This document shows, in pieces, positions 38,502 to 48,777 of a stretch of DNA of 64,000 nt (within the stretch, counting starts at the first letter, position 1; each line of letters begins with the position of its first letter). The notes under the pieces were generated by a model that was given only the letters and a program-made list of their open reading frames with translations, was not told where the DNA came from and made no database searches. Source of the stretch: Candidatus Omnitrophota bacterium (GTDB lineage: Bacteria > Omnitrophota > Gorgyraeia > Zapsychrales > Fredricksoniimonadaceae); assembly GCA_903836515.1 (NCBI GenBank), contig CAILQW010000003.1, positions 33,529-97,528 on the forward strand. Direction: 5' to 3'. A program made the translations under genes and the position numbers.

Positions 38502-39812
38502 TCAAATATCAGGATCCGTTTCCGTTACGGGCCTGTCTTTCGCCATCATCACCGCCGCGGCCAAGAGAAGCCCCATAACCAGCCACAACATCCGGCTCAA
38601 TTGGACCGAATAGAATGTTGTATCCAATCCGCTCTGGACCATAATCCCGGCCCACCCGGCCAAAAAACCCACGGCCAACGCCCCCGCGGCATCATGGTTT
38701 GACCGCGCGATCCTGCGGGCCGTCACCTGCACAAAACTCCAGATGAACCACAAAAAGACGATCAGGCCCGCCATGCCGATCTCGGCCGCCATCTGAAGAT
38801 ATGAATTGTGCGGGTAAGCGTGCCAGGTGGTGACATATTTCCGGATAACGACCGTATAGGTATTCAGCCCTGTCCCCAGCGGATAATCACTGATGATATG
38901 TACGGCATCCTTCCAGAAGCCTATCCTTCCGGAACCTACAACATCCAGACTCTGGGTAAACAAGGGATTATTGGAAAACAAGGCTGCATGACGAAAAGAA
39001 ATGATCAATGGCAAGAAAATAACCAGAAACAGAACAACAACCAGCACGAGTGGCACCAGATACCTGCGCCGCAGGGCAACCAGGACTCCCCCTCCTACCA
39101 AAAAACCGACCCAAGCCCCGCGCGAAAAAGTAAATCCCAGAACCACGCATAAGACCACCGTTAACCCGGTGATAAGCGATCGTACTGAGATCAAGCTAAA
39201 CACACCCTGCGCCTCTTTGGTCCATGACCATAACATCAGCGAAAGGGCGGGAAGAAGCGCAAAGATCAAATAGGCTCCCAACCCGTTGGGATGGTTCATC
39301 GACGCGCTGACACAGCCCCTGAGAAGTGCCTCGCCCCTCAAGAGGTCATGGCCCTGCCACAACTGCCAGCCCCCATCCATCGCCACCACAAAAGCAGACG
39401 CCAGCAGGCACAGGGAAAAACGCAGGATCCTGTCACGCGATGTGAGCGTGCCTGCCGCTGTGACCAGCAGAAGAGCCGCGCCGATCGATTTCCCTCCAAA
39501 CGCCCGAAGGCTAAGCTTGGGATCAACGCTCCAAAGAATGGACAAGCCGCAGATCCCCAGAAAGAACACCAGCGGGATAACGAGCCTCAGCGGGACCGCG
39601 CCCATCGCGCCTGCCGCGCCTCCCTGCCGGCATCCCGTGATCCCCCGGTTAATAAGGAACAGGAAAATCGCGGCAGCACCGCAAATCTCAACCCCGGCCG
39701 TAGACACAGGCAAAACAACCGCCAGCGCACACAGCAAAACAAAAACAGCACGATCAAGGCGCGCCCGTACAACATCAACGCCCATGCTTCCCTGGATATC
39801 AAGTGTAGCCAC
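38502..39812 (-). CDS. O-antigen ligase/polymerase-family membrane protein (Wzy_C-like)
   Basis: About 10 TM helices, Wzy_C-type loop FSRGAWVGFLVGG. 436 aa. Last gene of the glycan operon. Confidence 0.65.
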   Translation of the reverse strand: MATLDIQGSMGVDVVRARLDRAVFVLLCALAVVLPVSTAGVEICGAAAIFLFLINRGITGCRQGGAAGAMGAVPLRLVIPLVFFLGICGLSILWSVDPKLSLRAFGGKSIGAALLLVTAAGTLTSRDRILRFSLCLLASAFVVAMDGGWQLWQGHDLLRGEALLRGCVSASMNHPNGLGAYLIFALLPALSLMLWSWTKEAQGVFSLISVRSLITGLTVVLCVVLGFTFSRGAWVGFLVGGGVLVALRRRYLVPLVLVVVLFLVIFLPLIISFRHAALFSNNPLFTQSLDVVGSGRIGFWKDAVHIISDYPLGTGLNTYTVVIRKYVTTWHAYPHNSYLQMAAEIGMAGLIVFLWFIWSFVQVTARRIARSNHDAAGALAVGFLAGWAGIMVQSGLDTTFYSVQLSRMLWLVMGLLLAAAVMMAKDRPVTETDPDI

Positions 39813-41230
39813 TAATATGCCCCCTTCCCCTTCAAGACCACGGGAATAGTAGCCAGAAGGATCTCGAGATCCAGGGTGAACGACCAGTTATTGATATACC
39901 AGGTGTCCCACTTGACCAGCTGACCAAATGTCAGATCACTGCGGCCCCGGACCTGCCACAGGCCCGTGATCCCCGGACGGACTTCCAGACGCTTGAGCTG
40001 TTTGGGATCTTCCTGTTCGACCTGGTCGATGGGCAGGGGCCTGGGCCCGACAAGGCTCATGTCACCTAAAAGTACATTGACGATCTGCGGCAGTTCATCC
40101 AGGCTGTATTTGCGCAGGAAACGCCCGATGCGTGTGACACGCGGGTCGCGGCGGATCTTGAAAATAGGCCCGTCCACCTCATTCTTTTCCTTGAGCGCGG
40201 CGAGTTTGCCATCCGCATCCGCTGTCATACTGCGAAACTTCCACATCCTAAAACCCTGGCTGCCGCGGCCGTAACGCATGGAAAAATAAAAAACCGGCCC
40301 CGGACTGTCGAGTTTGATCAACACCGCGATCAACGCAAAGAGCGGCGCCAGCGCCGCCAGGCCGAGCAGTGAAAGCGTCACATCAAAAAAACGCTTGCCG
40401 GCTTGACGGCGGGTATGGCCGATATCGCAATACTCCAGCACAGGAATATACCCGATGTTATACCTGAAAAGTTCGCCCGTGGCCTTGTCAAACGCCTGCG
40501 GCACCACACGCACCCCCATCCCCAGCGCATTGGCCGTCTCCAGCATGTCATGAAAAATACCGCCGTCCGGATGGATCGTGATCAGGATCTTGTCCACGAA
40601 ACACCGGGCCGCGACCTCCCGCAGGTCGGACAAACGTCCGAGCACCCGGTAACGCCCGCCCAACGATGCCGTTGTTTTGGCGTCATCCAGAAAGCCGATG
40701 ATGCGAAACCCCATCCCCGGCCGCCGCTCGATCTCGGCGGCCAGCATCATCCCCACCTTCCCCGCACCAATGATAACGATGTTGAAATTGTTATACCCGC
40801 GCGCGACAATGAACTCGACGAACCACCGCTTGGCCACACGCCAGAGCGTTAAGAACACGGCTGTCAGCGCCATCATGATCAAAAACGCCGAACGCGGAAA
40901 ATTGTGGGCCTTGACGGTGTACACAAAAGCCATGACAACGATGCCCGCAGAAAGAACCGAACGGAGGATTTGCCCGATCTCATGCCCTTCCAGAAGCTCA
41001 CGGTGCGTCGCGTAAAGCTTGTGCATGCCGTTAAAAAAAAGCACCGCGATCAGCCAGCTCAAAAAGACAATATAAAAAGGATTCGTCGTATCCAGAATAA
41101 GGGCGCGCAAATTCACAGGGAAAGCCGTCTGACGCAGCCAGCAGGCAAGAATGATCGCCATAAAAACACTGGCCACATCGAACAGAATATAAATGCCGCG
41201 GATAAAAAGACCGGACAGACGCTTGATCAT
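39812..41230 (-). CDS. undecaprenyl-phosphate sugar phosphotransferase (WbaP/PssY-like bacterial sugar transferase)
   Basis: C-terminal catalytic domain DELPQIVNVLLGDMSLVGPRP...PGITGLWQV, N-terminal TM helices plus Rossmann domain. Start MIKRLSGLF with a GGGGGGTGAG RBS. Confidence 0.85.
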   Translation of the reverse strand: MIKRLSGLFIRGIYILFDVASVFMAIILACWLRQTAFPVNLRALILDTTNPFYIVFLSWLIAVLFFNGMHKLYATHRELLEGHEIGQILRSVLSAGIVVMAFVYTVKAHNFPRSAFLIMMALTAVFLTLWRVAKRWFVEFIVARGYNNFNIVIIGAGKVGMMLAAEIERRPGMGFRIIGFLDDAKTTASLGGRYRVLGRLSDLREVAARCFVDKILITIHPDGGIFHDMLETANALGMGVRVVPQAFDKATGELFRYNIGYIPVLEYCDIGHTRRQAGKRFFDVTLSLLGLAALAPLFALIAVLIKLDSPGPVFYFSMRYGRGSQGFRMWKFRSMTADADGKLAALKEKNEVDGPIFKIRRDPRVTRIGRFLRKYSLDELPQIVNVLLGDMSLVGPRPLPIDQVEQEDPKQLKRLEVRPGITGLWQVRGRSDLTFGQLVKWDTWYINNWSFTLDLEILLATIPVVLKGKGAY

Positions 41231-41985
41231 CTCACCCCCCCAAAGCGTTCCTTGACAAGAAGCCAGACAAACAATGTGTTGCCCAGAAGATACCTGCGCC
41301 AAAGCCGGCGCGGCTCACAGCACAGGCGAAACAGCCATTCCAACCCGGCCCCCTGCATCCAGCGCGGGGCCTGGGGCTTCATCCCGGACAAGAAATCGAA
41401 CGCGGCACCGATCCCGATCAGGACCGGGGCGTCCAGGGCGTCGCGGTTGATGGCGCTCCAGAAATCCTGTTTGGGAGCACCCAGCCCCACCCAGATAATG
41501 TCCGGTCTGGCCGCATTGATAAAACGCACCACGTCCGCCTCCGCATGGCCGGCCCTGGCCATATAGGGCGGCGATAATTTGCCGACAATATCAAGGCCGG
41601 GGAATTTGGCCTTCAAAACCCGCTCCAATTTATCACACGCCTGGGTTGTTCCGCCATAAAAAAAATGCCGCCATCCAAAGGCCCTGCCGCGGTCGCACAA
41701 ACGCTCCATCAAATCCGGGCCATACGTCCGCCGGACATCCTTGTGCCCGGCCATCCGGCCCAGCCAGGCCACAGGCGCACCGTCGGGCGTGACCAGGCTG
41801 GCCTTGCCGACGATCTCCCGGTAAGCCGGGTCCTTCCGGCAATCCATGACCGTGGATACCGGTGCCACGCACACATACCCCTTTTCCCGGCCGGCGATCA
41901 TCGATGCAACCGCCTGCTCGGCCTTGTCGAGATTCAAAGCCGAGATCTTTACGCCCAGGACATCGTAGGTTTCAATACAATGCAT
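41227..41985 (-). CDS. WecB/TagA/CpsF-family glycosyltransferase
   Basis: Start MHCIETYDVLGVKISAL with an AAGGAAG RBS. Family-typical motifs (VTPDGAPV, GVGAAFDF). Confidence 0.8.
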   Translation of the reverse strand: MHCIETYDVLGVKISALNLDKAEQAVASMIAGREKGYVCVAPVSTVMDCRKDPAYREIVGKASLVTPDGAPVAWLGRMAGHKDVRRTYGPDLMERLCDRGRAFGWRHFFYGGTTQACDKLERVLKAKFPGLDIVGKLSPPYMARAGHAEADVVRFINAARPDIIWVGLGAPKQDFWSAINRDALDAPVLIGIGAAFDFLSGMKPQAPRWMQGAGLEWLFRLCCEPRRLWRRYLLGNTLFVWLLVKERFGGVR

Positions 41986-41998
41986 AAACTTCCTTACA

Positions 41999-42703
41999 TT
42001 ACGCAGCAATAGCGTAGCGGATGATCGAAAAGACCGCCTTCACCCCATCCACCCATGTAATCTTCTTGCCTTGCGCATAGGTGCGGCCGTTATAGCTGAT
42101 CCCCACTTCGTACATACGGCAGTGCCGGCGCGCCGCTTTCGCGGTGATCTCGGGTTCGAAACCGAATCGCTCGGACTTGATCGGGATATTTTTAATCACA
42201 TCGGCACGGAAAGCCTTGAAGCCCGTTTCCATGTCCGTTAAATTCAAGTTCGTCAGGATATTGCTGAACAGTGTCAACAACCGGTTCCCCGCATAATGCC
42301 AGAAATAAAGGACACGCTTGGCCTGCTGGCCGGAAAAACGGGAACCATAAACCACATCGGCCCGCCCCGCGATGATGGGTTCCAGCATGAGGGGATAGTC
42401 TGCCGGAGAATATTCAAGGTCCGCGTCCTGAATGATCACCGCATCCCCCGTAACCTTGGCCAGCGCGGAACGCACCGCAGCCCCCTTGCCGCGATTGCGC
42501 GGATGGCGCAGCAACACAAGCTCGGCGGGGAATTCAGGGGCCAGGGCTGTCAGGACGCGCGCGGTCGTATCCGTCGAACCGTCATCAACCACCACAACCT
42601 CCCGCCGGGCGATCCCGGGTACGGCCTGGGCCAGGCAGGAGCGGACCACCGCCTCGATCGTGGCGGTTTCATTGTAAACGGGTATAAGGATGGAAAGTTT
42701 CAT
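41999..42703 (-). CDS. glycosyltransferase family 2
   Basis: N-terminus MKLSILIPVYNETATIE...VVVVDDGSTDTT, DAD motif (IQDADLE). Confidence 0.85.
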   Translation of the reverse strand: MKLSILIPVYNETATIEAVVRSCLAQAVPGIARREVVVVDDGSTDTTARVLTALAPEFPAELVLLRHPRNRGKGAAVRSALAKVTGDAVIIQDADLEYSPADYPLMLEPIIAGRADVVYGSRFSGQQAKRVLYFWHYAGNRLLTLFSNILTNLNLTDMETGFKAFRADVIKNIPIKSERFGFEPEITAKAARRHCRMYEVGISYNGRTYAQGKKITWVDGVKAVFSIIRYAIAA

Positions 42704-42743
42704 AAGCCAGGTTTTAACCTCACACTAAAACACCGTTCAACGC

Positions 42744-43586
42744 TCAGGCTTTTACCGCGCGGCGCCTGCAAAAGATATGTCCTTCTTTGGCTAAAGAAGA
42801 ATTGCCGGACGCAATATCCTGGTGTGTCTCAACATGACGCAGTCCGTAACCCCAGGATTCAAACAACGCCGTGACCCGGCGGATGTTTTCGCATTTGCCC
42901 GCGTCATCGGCCCCATGGATCTCGATATAGAATTGCGGTGAAAAATGCTTTACGATTTGGGGCATCCCCAGCAACGCCTGGTATTCCATCCCTTCGATGT
43001 CGATCTTGATGAAATCCGGTTCAGGCAGGCCATGGGCCGCCATGGCCCCGTCCAGGGTATCAATGCTGACCTTGAGCTGCTTGAATTTCTTTTCCTTGAT
43101 GATCTGGGATTGAAGCGTTTCACTCATGCTGCCCGTACCCGTGGAACCCTGCCGGACAATGAACGTTTGATCTTCCTTCTTGGTGTCGGCGATCCCCAGG
43201 CGCAGCAGTTTCACATTGGTCAGCGCATTCAACCGGATGTGTCCTTCGATCCTGGAACAATTTTCTTCATTGGGCTCAAACACAACAACCTTGCCTGCCG
43301 GGCCCACAGCCTTGGCAAAAACAACGCTTAAGACACCGATATGCCCGCCAATGTCATAAACCGTCTTCCCCCGCAGATTCAGTGAGGTCAAAAACTCCTC
43401 TTCCTGCGTGGGTCTTCCGAAAGCTTTTTTAAGAAACCCCAACCCGCCTTTACGCTTGATCCTGATGCGTCCATAATCCATCTCGTAAATAAAATTGGCC
43501 GAAATCTGCTGGCACACCGGCAGCAGCTTCTCCTTTAAATTAGAAAGCATCGACATCATCTCCGCGTTCCTTTCTGGAAAGATCAT
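42744..43586 (-). CDS. FkbM-family methyltransferase
   Basis: Motif YDIGGHIGVLSVVFAKAVGPAGKVVVFEPNEEN. Typical of sugar O-methyltransferases in O-antigen loci. Confidence 0.75.
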   Translation of the reverse strand: MIFPERNAEMMSMLSNLKEKLLPVCQQISANFIYEMDYGRIRIKRKGGLGFLKKAFGRPTQEEEFLTSLNLRGKTVYDIGGHIGVLSVVFAKAVGPAGKVVVFEPNEENCSRIEGHIRLNALTNVKLLRLGIADTKKEDQTFIVRQGSTGTGSMSETLQSQIIKEKKFKQLKVSIDTLDGAMAAHGLPEPDFIKIDIEGMEYQALLGMPQIVKHFSPQFYIEIHGADDAGKCENIRRVTALFESWGYGLRHVETHQDIASGNSSLAKEGHIFCRRRAVKA

Positions 43587-44575
43587 TACACTTTCTTTTC
43601 AACAACCCGCCATACATCATCCAAAGAAACAGCATCCAGGCAGTCCATTTTAACGGCCTGACGGCACCTGTCAAAACAGGGACGATGCGCGCAGGGACGG
43701 ATCACCACGGCACCATGATCCCGCGGGCCGATGAAGGAGGGGTCTCCCGGCCCGAACACAGCCACCAGGGGCACGCCCAGACCATGGGCCATATGCATCA
43801 CGCCCGTGTCATTACAAACCAAAAGATCCAGTTGCGCTACAACAGCCATCAGCGCACGCAGAGAACCTTTTAGATATGGAATCCCCAGGCGCAAGGCCGC
43901 ATCTTCCCCGCAGCCATCCGGATCGACAAGCATAAGCACATCCGCGCCGGCGTGCTGGCGCAGCCTTGATGCCAGCGCTTCAAAACGCGCCAGGGACCAG
44001 CGCCGCACAGGTTGCGCCGCGCCGGGATGGATCCCGACAAGCTTCCCGGCCCGGCGCGGGAATTTATCCCCGATGAATTCCCTGGCCTGGGCCGATTCTT
44101 CCTGTCCGATCACCAGATGCGGCTGCAAGCCCGCATCCCGGGCATCCAGCATGTTCAATAAACGGCCCCAATCATCCAGTCGATGCCTCCCGGCCCTGGG
44201 ACCGCCGGGGCGCCGCACATACCGCCGGGGTGCGATCAGCCAGGACAAGACATCGTTGCGCGGATCTCCGCGGGCATCGAGAACAAGATCGAATTTCTCC
44301 CGGCGCAGCGTCCTGACCATCGCCAGCAGCCCCTTGCCATCCCAGCGCCACAGGCAATACTTCCGCTGAAATGCCGTCCATGGGAATTTGTAAACAAAAA
44401 CCCGCGACACATCCTTGTCGTGTAAAAGGACCTGCCGCCCGTGCTCCTGCGCCAGAATGCATATCTCCGCCACAGGAAATTTCTCCCGAAGAGGCTTAAG
44501 CACCGCGGACATCATCACCACGTCCCCGATGCCCCATAACTCGACCACAAGGATCTTGCGCACGGGTTCATTCAT
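43586..44575 (-). CDS. glycosyltransferase family 9 (heptosyltransferase-like)
   Basis: Motifs ILVVELWGIGDVVMMSAVLKPL, VGIHPGAA, NDTGVMHMAHGLGVPLVAVFGP. Confidence 0.8.
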   Translation of the reverse strand: MNEPVRKILVVELWGIGDVVMMSAVLKPLREKFPVAEICILAQEHGRQVLLHDKDVSRVFVYKFPWTAFQRKYCLWRWDGKGLLAMVRTLRREKFDLVLDARGDPRNDVLSWLIAPRRYVRRPGGPRAGRHRLDDWGRLLNMLDARDAGLQPHLVIGQEESAQAREFIGDKFPRRAGKLVGIHPGAAQPVRRWSLARFEALASRLRQHAGADVLMLVDPDGCGEDAALRLGIPYLKGSLRALMAVVAQLDLLVCNDTGVMHMAHGLGVPLVAVFGPGDPSFIGPRDHGAVVIRPCAHRPCFDRCRQAVKMDCLDAVSLDDVWRVVEKKV

Positions 44576-45954
44576 GCCCCACGCTCCTCAGGGACAGCCT
44601 TCTGCCCATAAACAAGCACCAGCACAAACCCCAGCAATACCCAGAGAAAAATATTTGTCGGCGGGGAATCGATGACATCAAAGGATTGGGCCATGGCATG
44701 CCACGCGACAAGACTGCCCAATGCTCCGGCAAGATACACGCGCCGGGAGGCATGCCCGGATCGCTCGAGGGCTTTCACCCCCTGCACGAACACAAAGCCG
44801 TTGATCCATAAAAATAATGCCAGGCCCAAAAAGCCCATCTTGTAAAAAATCGTCATGAACTCATTGTGCGGCGGCGTTATCCCAGAATTTTCAGCAAAGC
44901 CGCGCACCGGGGACGTCCTCCCGATAGCCGAAGGATCATAGATCAGGACATCCCGGAACCCGTGCCCCCAGATGAGCGAAGTTTTTCCGGCCTGCCATGT
45001 CGCTTTCCATATCTTCAGCCGCCAGGTAATATTGCCATACGCCACGCGCCGCTCCGGCGGGATTTGTTCCGGCGGATGGTTTGACGTCAGAACCTCATCA
45101 AGGAACAACACCGTCCCGGCCGCGCGCTCGATATAAGCCGGTTTTTGGGCTCTGCCGGACTCCCAAAAACTCTGGGCCAGCAAAAAACCAAGGATAAAAA
45201 TAAAAATGACAACGAGCGCCGTCAATAATTTTTTTATTCTCCCTCTGAAAACAAAGAAAAAGAAAACCACAAGGCAGATCACCTCAACCCAGGCGGTGCG
45301 AAGGCCGCTCATGACGATCAAGGCTATGTTGAGCCCGCAAAGGGCGCCTAACGCCCATCGGGAAAAGCCCTTGGCTTTTTCCATCCCGTAGGACAGAAAA
45401 AATGCGATGGCGATCCCGCTATAGAGCAGGATATTGAACGTACGCATCTGGGCAAAATGAAAGGGCAACCCGTCCCAGGGCACGGGCCAATGATTGATAA
45501 TGATCGCCCCGTTAACCAAGGCGATCAGATTGCACACGCCTAATATCACACAGAATATCCTGCCGTTAAAATGACGTTCCACGACAACCCATATCAAAGG
45601 CAGAAACAATAAATACGTCGAAAGGACAACCCCCCGCAGCGCAAACTCACTGCGGTAAACCAGAACCCCCAGGATCAGATAAAACATCCCGAAAAAAAAC
45701 ATCGCCAGAAATGGCCCGCGGAACATCATCGGGACCCTTGGCTCCATAGCCTTGATCCCCTCCCAGGCCAGCGGCAAGGCGAAAAGAATAAAAACATCCG
45801 TGATATACAACGGCACACCAAAGATCACGGCTAATTTTTGAAGGGAAAACGCGCGCGCAAAACAGAACGTGCCGCACAGGATGATCATCAAGGCGATGAA
45901 CACCGATCGGCGATACCCTGCCCCCAGCCTGCCGGAACATATTGTGGAAATCAT
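44572..45954 (-). CDS. second O-antigen ligase/polymerase-like membrane protein
   Basis: Polytopic, Wzy_C-type loop MSGLRTAWVEVICLVVFFFFVF. 460 aa. Confidence 0.65.
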   Translation of the reverse strand: MISTICSGRLGAGYRRSVFIALMIILCGTFCFARAFSLQKLAVIFGVPLYITDVFILFALPLAWEGIKAMEPRVPMMFRGPFLAMFFFGMFYLILGVLVYRSEFALRGVVLSTYLLFLPLIWVVVERHFNGRIFCVILGVCNLIALVNGAIIINHWPVPWDGLPFHFAQMRTFNILLYSGIAIAFFLSYGMEKAKGFSRWALGALCGLNIALIVMSGLRTAWVEVICLVVFFFFVFRGRIKKLLTALVVIFIFILGFLLAQSFWESGRAQKPAYIERAAGTVLFLDEVLTSNHPPEQIPPERRVAYGNITWRLKIWKATWQAGKTSLIWGHGFRDVLIYDPSAIGRTSPVRGFAENSGITPPHNEFMTIFYKMGFLGLALFLWINGFVFVQGVKALERSGHASRRVYLAGALGSLVAWHAMAQSFDVIDSPPTNIFLWVLLGFVLVLVYGQKAVPEERGA

Positions 45955-47129
45955 ACACCCCCTCCGCAGGCAATCTCGCCATAAATCTCGCGCAGGCGCG
46001 CCATTTCACGCTCAACATGGAACGCGGTGTGGACCTTCTGCAGCCCCCGGCGTCCCATGTCAACGGCCCCGGGGATATTCCGGCACAGCTTGATGATGGC
46101 CTGGGCAAATGCCTGTGGATCCGCCGTATCGACCAAAACACCGTCGACCCCGTTGTCGATCACCTCGCGAACCCCTTCAATATCAGAAGCGATCGAGGGC
46201 CTGCCCATGGACATGGCCTCCAAAAGCGTGATCGGGAGGCCTTCTCTCAACGAAGGGAAGGCGTAAATATCATAGGTCTTAAAAACATCCCTGATATCCG
46301 CCGTAAAAGGCAGCGATCGGAATTCAACCCTGTCCTCCACCCCCAACTCTTTGGCCAGGGCCCTGAGCCGAAGCGCATCGGGGCCATACCCGCAGATCAC
46401 AAAACGGACCGCCGGGACCTCGCCGATGACCAGGGGCGCGGCCCTGATAAAACGGTCAATTCCTTTTTCAACGCTCAGCCGGGACAATGTCCCGACCACC
46501 GGAGCGCCTGAAGAAAAACCCGGATACGTCAGGCTCGCGGGATCGCCCCCGTCAAGCGGCGTGATGCCCAGGTGCAGGACTTCAACCTTGCGCGCAGGCC
46601 TGAACCCTCCCCGGATCAATTCATCGGCCAACCCGCGGGATACCGCCAACGATCGGATGAAATAATCCTTCAGGAAAAAATTGATCACCCTGTACAACAG
46701 CCTTTTGGGCCAGGATACCGTTGTCGCCAGGAACTGACCCTCGCAATGACAGAGCACCTTGAGACCTTTGATACGGTACGCCGCCAACCCGGCCAGGACA
46801 TGGCTCTGGACATCAAAGGCATGGACAATATCAAATTGCCCCCCTACAAAGATCTTTTCTAATTCCATAATAAAAGGAATAAAGAATTTCTTGGTGATGT
46901 TGGGGATAAAGATCATGTCCCTGGGGTCACACCCCCCGGCGATCATGTAATCACGCAAGGCCTTTTCCTGCAGGGAACAGAAGATCAGCGTCAAACGGAC
47001 ACCGCGCCCCTGCAAATGAGAATAAATATGGCGGACATGCGTTGACGTCCCGCCGAGCTGGTTCATGGTGCATACCAGCGCAACGCGCACAGGCCTGCCG
47101 GCCGGGACAAGATCCGCCGGGTTACTCAC
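45951..47129 (-). CDS. glycosyltransferase family 4 (GT-B)
   Basis: C-terminal GT1/GT4 motif FPSLREGLPITLLEAMSMGRPSIASD. Confidence 0.85.
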   Translation of the reverse strand: MSNPADLVPAGRPVRVALVCTMNQLGGTSTHVRHIYSHLQGRGVRLTLIFCSLQEKALRDYMIAGGCDPRDMIFIPNITKKFFIPFIMELEKIFVGGQFDIVHAFDVQSHVLAGLAAYRIKGLKVLCHCEGQFLATTVSWPKRLLYRVINFFLKDYFIRSLAVSRGLADELIRGGFRPARKVEVLHLGITPLDGGDPASLTYPGFSSGAPVVGTLSRLSVEKGIDRFIRAAPLVIGEVPAVRFVICGYGPDALRLRALAKELGVEDRVEFRSLPFTADIRDVFKTYDIYAFPSLREGLPITLLEAMSMGRPSIASDIEGVREVIDNGVDGVLVDTADPQAFAQAIIKLCRNIPGAVDMGRRGLQKVHTAFHVEREMARLREIYGEIACGGGV

Positions 47130-48055
47130 GGGCCAGCCTTAACGATCGCGCGGTAATATCCCAATGTCGCCTCCACGCTCTGGCGCCATGTATAGTGCGG
47201 CCGCCAGCCGGTATCGCGGCGCAATTTCGCGTTGGATCCCACCGCGCACGGGATGCCGCAGCCGCCGCGCTTGTCTTCCCGAACCTTAAGCCCTCTCCGG
47301 CGGGAAAGATGGATCATGTGTGCCAGGAGCATCTTCATGGGCACCCCCTTGCGGGAACAAATATTATAAATCTCGCCGGCGAGCCCCTTGTGCGCCACAG
47401 CAAGAAGGGCGCCGCACACATCGCGGATGTCGAGAAAATCCCTGACAGCACCCAGATGCCCGGTAGCGATACAGCCGGCCCCGGGCTTGTCCTCAAGCCC
47501 GGCGATCTGCAGGGCAAACCGTCCCCCGGCTGTGGCCGCGGGGATCCCCGGACCCAGGATATTGAATGGCCGCGCGATCACGACATCCGCCCCGGCTTGC
47601 CCGAAACAAAGTGCCGCCTGGGTCTGCGCCCGTTTGCACTGGCCATACGCCGTATCGATAACACCCAGCCTGTCTTCGGTGATGGGCTCCGGCCCGAGAC
47701 CGCAGCCGTATTCAGCCGCCGACCCCATGACAACCACCCGCGGCCGATACCTGCCGATCCCCGCCAGCGCATCAAAAAGTGCGACCGTCGTCCTGACGTT
47801 GGCGGCAAACATGGCCGCAGCATCCAAAGACCTTCCTCCTGCCAGATGAAAAATGATCCCGGGACGCCGTTGGCACAGCGCCCGCGCCGCTTTTGTGTGA
47901 TCGAAAAGATCAATGTTCAACAATTCAAGACCCGGGACATCTTTGCCCTGAACATCCATGCCCCACAGCTCATGCGACGTGTGTGAACGCAAATAAAGGG
48001 CCAAGGCCCGCCCGATGAAACCGGCGGCACCGGTGATCAGGATGTTTTTTTTCAT
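47126..48055 (-). CDS. NAD-dependent epimerase/dehydratase (extended SDR)
   Basis: N-terminus MKKNILITGAAGFIGRALALYL. 309 aa. Confidence 0.8.
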   Translation of the reverse strand: MKKNILITGAAGFIGRALALYLRSHTSHELWGMDVQGKDVPGLELLNIDLFDHTKAARALCQRRPGIIFHLAGGRSLDAAAMFAANVRTTVALFDALAGIGRYRPRVVVMGSAAEYGCGLGPEPITEDRLGVIDTAYGQCKRAQTQAALCFGQAGADVVIARPFNILGPGIPAATAGGRFALQIAGLEDKPGAGCIATGHLGAVRDFLDIRDVCGALLAVAHKGLAGEIYNICSRKGVPMKMLLAHMIHLSRRRGLKVREDKRGGCGIPCAVGSNAKLRRDTGWRPHYTWRQSVEATLGYYRAIVKAGP

Positions 48056-48777
48056 ACCGGACCCGCTGGCAGGAACCTTGCCTTATGCGGCACGAAAATT
48101 TCCTGTGCCCGTTCCAGATCTTCCAGTCGGCCCAGGTCCAGCCACTCGTCGCGCACCTTGTAACAGGAAACTTTTTTGGACAAAGATTTCAGGCGGAGCA
48201 TCAGATCCGGCATGCCGATAGACTCTCCCTTGCCAATGAATGTTTTGGCCTCCGCGCGGAACGCATTCACCCCCATGCTGACAAAAGACTGGTGTTCAGG
48301 CTTCTCATGATACGCCTCAAGCCTGTCATCCGCCCCCACTTCGATCACGCCAAAATCGCTCCTGATCCTGCGCTCCTTCACGGCAAGGCTGGCCATGGCC
48401 CCCTGGCGCACATGCCAGCGCAAGAAAGCAGAAAAATCCATATCCGTGAGGATATCGCCGTTAAGGACAAGAAAATTCGGGGCCGTATCCTTGACAAGTT
48501 TCAGGGCCCCGGCGGTTCCCAGGGGTTTGTCTTCCCGCACATAGCGGATCTCCACCCCCCACTTGGCGCCTTTGCCGAAATACGCCTCGATCAATGCCGC
48601 CATGTATCCCGTCGATATGACGATATGCCGCAACCCGGCGTGCCGCAGCTGGCAGACAAGGATCTCCAGGATGGGTTTGTCGCCAATCGGCAAAAGCGGT
48701 TTGGGCAGGACCGTGGTATAGGGCCTCAGGCGGGATCCCTGCCCGCCGGCCAGAATAATGACGTGGGCCTTAGACAT
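48052..48777 (-). CDS. sugar-1-phosphate nucleotidyltransferase
   Basis: N-terminus MSKAHVIILAGGQGSRLRPYTTVLPKPLLPIGDKPILE. 241 aa. Confidence 0.85.
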   Translation of the reverse strand: MSKAHVIILAGGQGSRLRPYTTVLPKPLLPIGDKPILEILVCQLRHAGLRHIVISTGYMAALIEAYFGKGAKWGVEIRYVREDKPLGTAGALKLVKDTAPNFLVLNGDILTDMDFSAFLRWHVRQGAMASLAVKERRIRSDFGVIEVGADDRLEAYHEKPEHQSFVSMGVNAFRAEAKTFIGKGESIGMPDLMLRLKSLSKKVSCYKVRDEWLDLGRLEDLERAQEIFVPHKARFLPAGPV